NCBI GenBank assembly: GCA_903907925.1
Contig: CAIVQB010000106.1
Location: 24,990 to 88,989, forward strand
DNA from: an uncultured Verrucomicrobiota bacterium
GTDB lineage: Bacteria > Verrucomicrobiota > Verrucomicrobiia > Limisphaerales > UBA9464
Reading direction: 5' to 3'
Length of the DNA: 64,000 bases
Shown one piece after another: positions 17,475 through 24,856 of this stretch. The position numbers and the translations under genes are program-made. The first letter of the stretch is position 1. Every line of letters begins with the position of its first letter. The notes below the pieces were generated by a model, which was not told the DNA's origin, did no database searches, and saw nothing but the letters and a program-made list of their open reading frames with translations.

Positions 17475-18203
17475 ATGAGTCAGAAGATTCTCGTCACCGG
17501 ATCCTCCGGCAAGGTTGGCCGAGCGGTGGTTGCCGAATTACAGCGGCGCGGGCACGACGTTCGTGGTTTTGATCGCATTCCGTCGGCCGAGCTTCCCTCG
17601 ACGCTGCTCGGCAATCTCTCTGATCGCCCGGCATTGGATCGGGCCCTTTCAGGTGTCCAATGTCTGGTGCATCTCGCCGCAACGCCAGATGACGCTGATT
17701 TCCTGAGCGAGCTTCTCCCGAACAATGTGGTCGGGCTCTATCACGTTTTGGAAGCCGCAAGGGTGACGGGTGTCCGGCGGATTGTTCTGGCGAGCAGCGG
17801 CCAGGTGAATTGGTGGCAGCAGATCGGGGGCGATATTCCTGTCTATGAACATCAACCGATCAGCCCGCGCGGATGGTATGCGGCCACCAAGATGTTCCTG
17901 GAGGCCGCAGGTCGTGGATACTGCGAGCTCCACGGGATCAGCGTGATCGTCACGCGCCTGGGCTGGTGTCCGCGACCGGGTCAGGAGGAGGAGATCCGTG
18001 CGACGGAGTGGGCGCATGATGTTTACCTGAGTCCCATCGATGCGGGCCGTTTCTTCGCGCATTGCGTCGAGGCTCCCGAAGCGGTTCGTTTCCTGATCGT
18101 CAACGGCACGAGCAAACCCGTTTGTGAGACCCGGCTCGACATGACCGTCGCCCGCACCGTCCTCGACTACGAGCCTCTCGAGCAGTGGCCCGAGGGGATG
18201 TGA
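17475..18203 (+). CDS. NAD-dependent epimerase/dehydratase family protein
   Basis: Start MSQKILVTGSSGKVGRAVVAEL (GxxGxxG Rossmann). YAATK (YxxxK) catalytic motif. The ORF track start at 17436 is less likely. Confidence 0.75.
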   Translation: MSQKILVTGSSGKVGRAVVAELQRRGHDVRGFDRIPSAELPSTLLGNLSDRPALDRALSGVQCLVHLAATPDDADFLSELLPNNVVGLYHVLEAARVTGVRRIVLASSGQVNWWQQIGGDIPVYEHQPISPRGWYAATKMFLEAAGRGYCELHGISVIVTRLGWCPRPGQEEEIRATEWAHDVYLSPIDAGRFFAHCVEAPEAVRFLIVNGTSKPVCETRLDMTVARTVLDYEPLEQWPEGM

Positions 18204-18390
18204 AATCGTAGACCCAGCCCCCCGAGGCAGGGCCGCTGGCTCGTTTTCAAGTCTTCCCGTTTTCCCGTCTTCGCTCCATCCGCCGATCCCTTCCTGCTTC
18301 CCTGCTTTCCAGATTTAGCGCTCTGAAGTCATCGCTCCCGAGTGTGGTTTTGCTTCGCCCCGTGGCGCGGGCCGTGGTTGCCTCTCGTTC

Positions 18391-18921
18391 GTGAAACTTT
18401 TTGATCTGCACATCGGCATGAACGTGGTGCATCCGCGCTACGGTTCAGGCGTGGTGAAGGCCCTCAATGAACATGCGGCGGAGGTGTTATTCTCCGACGG
18501 ACTCAAGCCCGTGGACCCGGAATCCAGCGGCCTGGCACCGGCGGAACCGCAGGCCGGGCTGACCGGATTGAGCCTGCCGCTGTCGCAGTTGATCACACAG
18601 ACCGTGGAGGCGCTGGCGGATCGGCTCGGGCTCGAGAAGCCGGATGCGCGGGTGAAGGAGCTCGCGCCCAAGTGGCGGGGCGGGAAACTGGTGCTGCATC
18701 CCCATGATCCGGCCCTCGCGACCAAGGAGCTTGAGCTTGAGGTGCTGTTCCACAAGGTGGTGATGGTGCGCAACAATCTTCGGGTGCTGGAGCAAAAGAT
18801 CAACGGCAGTGAAACACTGACCAGCGCCGAGAAGTTCGACTGGCAGCAATACATCACCCGCTGCTACGGCTCGTTGACCACCTTCAACCTGCTGTTCAAG
18901 GAGAAGGAAGATCAGTTCTGA
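18391..18921 (+). CDS. Hypothetical protein
   Basis: 176-aa ORF with normal-looking composition. The N-terminal GMNVVHPRYGSGVVKAL resembles small Tudor/SH3-like G-x-V-x-H-x-x-F/Y-G-x-G-x-V modules. No family assigned. Confidence 0.45.
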   Translation: MKLFDLHIGMNVVHPRYGSGVVKALNEHAAEVLFSDGLKPVDPESSGLAPAEPQAGLTGLSLPLSQLITQTVEALADRLGLEKPDARVKELAPKWRGGKLVLHPHDPALATKELELEVLFHKVVMVRNNLRVLEQKINGSETLTSAEKFDWQQYITRCYGSLTTFNLLFKEKEDQF

Positions 18922-19471
18922 GCGGTGCCCGCGGAACGGAAGGTGCCCGGACGGGGGCATGGGAAAGTCGGAAATTGGAAGGCCGGCGGACAGTTTTTCC
19001 GGAGAGCTTTGGAGCCTTGCTTGGGCGTCGTTTTCGGGAGTGCGCGTCCGAAAAGTGGGAGCGAGATCCTTTTGAATTCTCAGACGCGCTCTGAGGAATC
19101 CTGAGAGAAAAACCCGGGCGATTCCCGCGCGGAAACTGTCCGGTGACACTCACATTGGCGGCTCACGCCAACTCCTCTCCACGCGGTTGATACCCGCTCC
19201 TTGCGGGCCTTCGGCAACATCCGCCGCACCTCCTGGGAGCGTTCGGTTGGCGCGAGTCTTGCGAATCCAAGTGAACCTAACCGGTCTCGAGGACATGCGA
19301 TCTCAAAATACCTGCGAAGCGCACGGGTGCGTCGATCAAGAGTTTCGTTCGCTCGTGGTGCAGTCACCCATATCAGAAACTCTTTTGGGGAAGGTTCCCC
19401 ATTCGACACTCGCCATCACCGGCGGCTCGTTTTTTCGAAACCCCCATGGGGCCGATTGCGTCGTGAGTTGC

Positions 19472-21280
19472 ATGTTGTCCTCCGCTCGTCCCGTCGCTGT
19501 ATTGCGTTTGCTGTGGGTTGCTGCGATTGCGTCCTGGACCCTGACGATGCCCGCCCGGGCACTGTCGTTTGTGAGCGGCCCCGCGTTTACGCCCGCCACC
19601 AATGCCCCTCTTGCCGGTAGCCTGGAGTTGATGACGGATGTTGAATCGCGGGTTGGGGCCACCATCGACGACGGCGAATCGGTGCGGACCCTTTACTTCC
19701 CAGCGTACGCCACCAATCACTCAATTCCTCTTCTGGGCTTCAAGCCGAGTCGAACCAATGCGATCACGGTGACCGTTTACGACCGGGCGCGGAATGTGGT
19801 GAATGCCGCCGCACCACTGCTCTTCGTCACTGATCCACTACCGTCGAGTTTTCCGAAGATCACGTTGCTTCCCGCTGATCTGGGCGCGATGGAGCCGGGG
19901 TACTCGCTGTTCATCTGGGAGACGTCCGGTCCCGGGAGCGCAGCCGCCTACACCACCATTGTGGACTCACTCGGCGAAGTGGTTTGGTACGCGCCGGCGG
20001 GAGGTTTCGACATTCGCCAACTGCCGAATGGCAATCTGTTCGCAACGCTCACCGCGAGTTTCGTTGAGACCGATCTGCTCGGCCAGACGGTTCGAACCTG
20101 GCAGCCGCCGGTGCTGCCGCTGGATCCGCACGACGGCGTTCCGACCGATCACGGTACGATTCTCTACCTCGCCGACGCGCTCCGGACGGTCACCGATTTC
20201 GCGACCGATCCCTACGATCCGGACCCAGCCCGCAGCACCGCCGATGTTCTCTATCAGAAGGTGGTGGAGATGTCCTCGGACAAGGACACCCTCGTCAATA
20301 CCTGGTCGCCCATCGACGTGCTGGATCCGCGGCGGATCAGTTATCTGCTGACGTTGTTGAGCGACGGACTGCCCACGGCGGGATGGGATACCGAGCACGC
20401 CAATGCAGTGATCGAGGATCCGAGCGACGATTCCCTCATCATTTCGATGCGCAATCAAAACGCCGTAATCAAATTCGCGCGCGCCACGGGGCAGGTGAAG
20501 TGGATCCTGGGCCCGCCCGAGAATTGGGGTCCGCAGTGGCAACCCTACCTCCTGAAACCGGTGGGTTTCCCGTTCGCCTGGCAGTACGGCCAGCACGCGC
20601 CGGTTCTTACATCTCGGGGGACGCTGATGCTTTATGACGACGGGAACTTCCGGGCGAGTCCGTTGCAGGCAGCGGTCATAGATGGGGATAACTACAGCCG
20701 GGCTGTGGAGTACCGCATCAATGAGCAAACGATGGAGGTCTCCCAAGAATGGGAATATGGGAGTACGAACCTCGGCGAGTGGCTCTATACGGGATACATG
20801 GGCTCTGCAGAACCCGAGCCCAAGACCGGAAATGTCCTGATCGATTTTTCGGCGGTTTCCTACGTCGACGGAGCCTATTCCGTCCTGGCGAACCCTGGAA
20901 CGGTGATGGCTCGCTTCAGGGAAGTGACGCATGATCCGGTCCCGCAGGTGGTGTTCGATCTGACCCTGTCAAAGTATGATCCGGCATCCGCCAATTTTCT
21001 GAACTGCACCGCCTACCGGGTCCACCGGATCCCCGACCTTTACGCTCACCCTGCGCTTCCGGTGAGCGATCTCTCAGTCCAGTGGGCCGGCGGTGTCGCG
21101 CACCTGTCCTTCTCGGGTGACGCGGCGAGAACCTATTCCATCGAAACCTCCGTGAACCTGCTGGACTGGCAGACGGTTGGGACCTCGTCCAATGCGACCT
21201 ACTACGCGGGAGTGTTCAGCTTTCAGGATCCGCAGGCCGAGGGCGAACCCGCGCGGTACTATCGCGTTGTTACCGAGTGA
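19472..21280 (+). CDS. Arylsulfotransferase (ASST) family beta-propeller protein, exported
   Basis: Start chosen at MLSSARPVAVLRLLWVAAIASWTLTMPARA (signal peptide). WDTEHANAVIEDPSDDSLIISMRNQNAVIKFARATGQVKWILG is a typical ASST motif. Ends in a C-terminal ~70-aa module ...ARYYRVVTE. Confidence 0.6.
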   Translation: MLSSARPVAVLRLLWVAAIASWTLTMPARALSFVSGPAFTPATNAPLAGSLELMTDVESRVGATIDDGESVRTLYFPAYATNHSIPLLGFKPSRTNAITVTVYDRARNVVNAAAPLLFVTDPLPSSFPKITLLPADLGAMEPGYSLFIWETSGPGSAAAYTTIVDSLGEVVWYAPAGGFDIRQLPNGNLFATLTASFVETDLLGQTVRTWQPPVLPLDPHDGVPTDHGTILYLADALRTVTDFATDPYDPDPARSTADVLYQKVVEMSSDKDTLVNTWSPIDVLDPRRISYLLTLLSDGLPTAGWDTEHANAVIEDPSDDSLIISMRNQNAVIKFARATGQVKWILGPPENWGPQWQPYLLKPVGFPFAWQYGQHAPVLTSRGTLMLYDDGNFRASPLQAAVIDGDNYSRAVEYRINEQTMEVSQEWEYGSTNLGEWLYTGYMGSAEPEPKTGNVLIDFSAVSYVDGAYSVLANPGTVMARFREVTHDPVPQVVFDLTLSKYDPASANFLNCTAYRVHRIPDLYAHPALPVSDLSVQWAGGVAHLSFSGDAARTYSIETSVNLLDWQTVGTSSNATYYAGVFSFQDPQAEGEPARYYRVVTE

Positions 21281-21305
21281 GACGGTTGTTCCCGTTTGAA
21301 CAGGG

Positions 21306-22052
21306 CTAAAAGTCGTCGTTTTCGCCGAACATGTTGTCTCTGTTTTGGCGGAAGTCGATGTACCGAAGTGTTTCAACGTGGCCATCCACGAACGTCACGT
21401 TCCCACGCTGGTTGTGGCGGCAGGCGGGTTGTTTCTGCGGATTCCACAGCGTCCAGCCCGCCGTCTTGTCCGGAGGGAAGGTGACAATCTCGGTCAAATA
21501 GCTGTCCGGAGGATTCTTGCCTGTAGTTCTGGGTACGCCGGTATCGCCCATCAACCAGACCTGGCTCGGCCTCCGTACGTCGGTCAGTTTGCGGCTGCCC
21601 AGGCGGCCCACACCACCCGCCGATTCAAAGGCGTAGCGGATCAGAGTGCTCTCCACCGGGCCGTATCCCTCCCAACGTGCGCCGAAGACTGATTGAATGT
21701 CCTTTTCTTTGACTGCAGGACACCGCCAGACGGCGTTGGATGTGGTATTGGCTGTCAGATACCGCCATTTGGAAAGGGTCTGGAACCACCAATCCCCGCC
21801 GGCTTCCACTCCGTTTCCGGTCCAGGCTTTGGAGTACAAATCGGGGAGGTGCTGGACGTTGTCTTCAGCGTAGAGAAGGAAGGCCACGCCGAGCTGCCGG
21901 CTGTTGCTGGCGCATCGGATGGAATTGGCGCGGATCTTGGATCGCGCCAGTGCCGGCAGGAGCATCCCGGCAAGAATCGCGATGATGGCGATCACCACCA
22001 ACAATTCGATCAGCGTGAATCCACGGCGGACTGGATTTCTGGCAAGCTGCAT
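21306..22052 (-). CDS. Prepilin-type N-terminal cleavage/methylation domain protein with H-X9-DG C-terminal motif
   Basis: Start [35 protein letters not shown] (type IV pilin-like leader). C-terminal [15 protein letters not shown]. The 343-aa ORF is an upstream extension. Confidence 0.8.
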   Translation of the reverse strand: MQLARNPVRRGFTLIELLVVIAIIAILAGMLLPALARSKIRANSIRCASNSRQLGVAFLLYAEDNVQHLPDLYSKAWTGNGVEAGGDWWFQTLSKWRYLTANTTSNAVWRCPAVKEKDIQSVFGARWEGYGPVESTLIRYAFESAGGVGRLGSRKLTDVRRPSQVWLMGDTGVPRTTGKNPPDSYLTEIVTFPPDKTAGWTLWNPQKQPACRHNQRGNVTFVDGHVETLRYIDFRQNRDNMFGENDDF

Positions 22053-22219
22053 GGGAACAGGGCGGAGGTTGGTGACCTCCCGTGCGGAAAACAAGGCCGC
22101 TTCTGTCCGTGTCGAGACTCTTCCCAGTGACTCGGGCTGCCCGCGAATCACCGCTTTTGAAAGATGTATCGAGCGGCGACATTGAGACTGTTCAGGTGTC
22201 GATGGGATCCGTGATCGGG

Positions 22220-24856
22220 CTATGGAATGACGCGGACTCGCCAGAATCGAGTCGCAGAAGCGGTCGACGGGGCTCCGAGTGGAATGATGACCGGCTGATC
22301 CGGCCCGAGCCCGACGAACTGTCCGAGGGAGAACCATTCACCGAGATCCGATGTTTCCTCCACCACCACATTCATGCCGGCGCTGACGACAATCTCCAGT
22401 GCCGAAGACCCGGTGGAACCGGTACCGGGAAGCTTCACGGCGAGTCCGGGAATCACGTCGAAACTCTGGCTGACGCCCGGTGCCGATTGGTAGTTGTCGT
22501 CACCCGGTTGGTTCGCAGTGACTTGAACCGTTCCAATCCCCGTGGATCGGACCTGGTTTCCATTCAACACGGCCGGACCAGTGGTGAGGGTGAAGGCGAC
22601 CGGCAACCCGGAACTCGCGGAAGCCGACAACGTCAACAGAGGCCCGCCCAGGGGCTGGCGGTCCAGCGGCTCGAAGTGAATCGTCTGTGTCCCTTTGGCG
22701 ACGATCAGGGTGCGAGTGACGGGATCCGCCGTTGCAAACGTAGCGTCGCCGGGTTGCCGCGCGGTGATTTGAAGCGTCCCCGCACCGGTCAGGGTAAGTT
22801 GATTTCCGTTGAGGGTTCCCGGACCGCTGATCAGGGCAAAAGATACCGGCAGACCGCTGCTCGCCGTCGCCTCAAGTGGAACGACCTTGTTGGCTTCATA
22901 GGTCACCGTCGTCGGTTGCGCAAAGGTGATCATTTGGCCGCGCGGGTTGACGACGATCGTTTGCGTCACCGTTGTTGCCGGCAGAAAGTTTCCGTCCCCG
23001 GCTTGCGAAGCTGAGATCACAATGGACCCCACTCCATGCACGCCGAGAAGGGTGCCCGACAACCCTCCCGGGCCACTCACGACGGTCAGTGTCACCGGCA
23101 GGCCGGAGCTGGAAGTCGCCGCCAGCGAAACCGTTTCGCCGTCGAAATAGTCGAGGGCGGAGGGTGCCGGGAAGATGATGGTTTGCCGGCCCCGGTCCAC
23201 CTGGAGCGATTGCATCACCGGTGCGGCCGCCGCAAAGTTGCCGTCTCCCGCTTGATTGGCCGTGACGACGACGGTTCCGGCACCGCTGATGGTTAATTGA
23301 TTGCCGGCAACACTGGCGGGTCCGCTCGCCACGGAATAGGTGATGTGCAGGCCTCCACTGGAGGATGCGTTGAGCGGAATCTTCAACTGCGGGGCGAATT
23401 CAACAGTGGCAAGGCCGCCAAAGGAGATCATCTGCGAGCCGCGGTTCACCTGCAGCGCTTGAGTCACCGTCGGGGCGGGCGAGTAGGTGGCACTTCCGAT
23501 CTGATTTGCCGAAATAACGACGAGGCCTGTCCCGGTCACGATCAACGTGTTGTCCGAAAGGGTCGCTGGGCCGCTCGCCACGCTGAAACTCACCGGAAGG
23601 CCGGAGCTGGCAGTGGCGAACAAGGGAACGCTCAATCCGGTCGAGTAGTTCAGCGGTGCGAGTGCCGCGAAAGTGATGGCTTGGGGTGCGGCCGAAACGA
23701 TCAACGACTGTGAGATCGGCGCTGCTGGCAGGTAGAGATCGTTACCGGCCTGGCTGGCAACCAGGATAACCGTGCCTACACCTTGGATTGTTAGAAGATT
23801 CCCCGCGACTGTCGCCGGGCCTGAGACCACCCCGTAGTTGACTGTCTGGCCGGCACTGGAAACGGCGTTGAGAGCCACCGTTTTTCCGGCGGCATAGACG
23901 ACGGGATCCATGGGGCCGAAGCTCAAAGTTTGAGGAGCACGACTGACCGCAAGGGTTTGGATCACCGTTGTCGCTGTTGAATAGGCGGAACTTCCGATCT
24001 GATTCGCCGCAATCACCACGACACCGGTTCCCGTCACGCTCAGGGTGTTGTTCGAAAGCGTTGCCTGACCAAAGAGAATACTGAAGCTCACCGGCAAACC
24101 GGAGCTGGCGGTGGCGGACAACGGGACGCTCAGTCCGGCCGAATAGCTCAGGGGCGCGAGTGGTGCGAAGTTGATGGATTGTTCTGCCGGTCCTGTCGGT
24201 ATCGTTGCTGCGGTTCCGAGGACGGCGAGTGCAAATTCTGGCGCAGCGGCGATGGATACCGCGTTTCCTTGCACTACCAGTGGGATGGGTCTTTGGTTGT
24301 TTTCGGTAACTCCCCAAGCGATGACAGATCCGTCCGATCTCCTTGCCAGAGTGTATGTGCTTCCCACTTTGATTTCAGCGACCCCAGAGTTGGCTGTGTC
24401 CGGAATGTCACTCTGCGTTCTGGAATTGTTTCCCCAAGCGACCGCGGATCCATCGTCTTTAAGAGCGGTGGTGAAATCGGACTGGGTAGAAATTGCTGCC
24501 ACGTGGTCCAGCACAACTCCATTGAGTGTGACTGGATCAGCGACGGCTGAATCGGGCAGTGTAAGCGGACGAGTCCCGGTGATCTGTCCCGCATTGTTGT
24601 AACCCCAACCCACCACAGTCCCGTCGGATTTGATGGCAAAGCTCGTTGAAGCACCCGCAGAAATGGCCCGGATTCCAAAGGTGGCGGATGGTGGCACGAT
24701 GGTTTCGCCGGAGAAGTTGCTTCCCCATGCGACCACCCGGCCGTCAGAGCGAAGAGCCAGGCTGTGTGCCAATCCGGCGGCGACAGCAATGACTCCCTGC
24801 CGCGCATCATCGGGAATTGCTAATTGGCCGTAGCTGTTTCCTCCCCAGACCACCAC
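22220..24856 (-). CDS. RCC1-repeat / tandem Ig-like-repeat surface protein, C-terminal segment (continuation of 24820-27402 after a frameshift)
   Basis: 878-aa ORF. Begins mid-RCC1 blade ([15 protein letters not shown]), has about 4 more RCC1 blades, then 7 tandem ~83-aa Ig-like repeats, then a C-terminal module ending RFWRVRVIP. Confidence 0.8.
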   Translation of the reverse strand: MVVWGGNSYGQLAIPDDARQGVIAVAAGLAHSLALRSDGRVVAWGSNFSGETIVPPSATFGIRAISAGASTSFAIKSDGTVVGWGYNNAGQITGTRPLTLPDSAVADPVTLNGVVLDHVAAISTQSDFTTALKDDGSAVAWGNNSRTQSDIPDTANSGVAEIKVGSTYTLARRSDGSVIAWGVTENNQRPIPLVVQGNAVSIAAAPEFALAVLGTAATIPTGPAEQSINFAPLAPLSYSAGLSVPLSATASSGLPVSFSILFGQATLSNNTLSVTGTGVVVIAANQIGSSAYSTATTVIQTLAVSRAPQTLSFGPMDPVVYAAGKTVALNAVSSAGQTVNYGVVSGPATVAGNLLTIQGVGTVILVASQAGNDLYLPAAPISQSLIVSAAPQAITFAALAPLNYSTGLSVPLFATASSGLPVSFSVASGPATLSDNTLIVTGTGLVVISANQIGSATYSPAPTVTQALQVNRGSQMISFGGLATVEFAPQLKIPLNASSSGGLHITYSVASGPASVAGNQLTISGAGTVVVTANQAGDGNFAAAAPVMQSLQVDRGRQTIIFPAPSALDYFDGETVSLAATSSSGLPVTLTVVSGPGGLSGTLLGVHGVGSIVISASQAGDGNFLPATTVTQTIVVNPRGQMITFAQPTTVTYEANKVVPLEATASSGLPVSFALISGPGTLNGNQLTLTGAGTLQITARQPGDATFATADPVTRTLIVAKGTQTIHFEPLDRQPLGGPLLTLSASASSGLPVAFTLTTGPAVLNGNQVRSTGIGTVQVTANQPGDDNYQSAPGVSQSFDVIPGLAVKLPGTGSTGSSALEIVVSAGMNVVVEETSDLGEWFSLGQFVGLGPDQPVIIPLGAPSTASATRFWRVRVIP
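22447..24190 (-). repeat. Seven tandem ~250-nt (about 83-aa) coding repeats (Ig-like modules)
   Basis: Repeat units all follow Q-x-I-x-F ... L-x-A-x-A-S-S-G-L-P-V-x-F ... SGP-x-x-L-x-G-N-x-L-x-x-x-G-x-G-x-V-x-I-x-A-x-Q-x-G. Example: [35 protein letters not shown]... Confidence 0.8.

Noticed and set aside
18204-18390. Scanned the larger non-coding gaps for tRNA, rRNA or other RNA genes: 18204-18390, 18922-19471, 27403-27926, 45084-45413, 57030-57443 and 59291-59473.
   Set aside because: No cloverleaf-compatible sequence or conserved RNA motif was recognised. A tRNAscan-SE/Infernal run would be needed to exclude small ncRNAs.
18987-19142. 10-bp long-range inverted repeat CGGACAGTTT / AAACTGTCCG enclosing the palindrome in the arylsulfotransferase leader, as a possible structured RNA.
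   Set aside because: A 10-bp inverted repeat at this distance is expected by chance. I could not recognise a covarying structure or a known riboswitch core.
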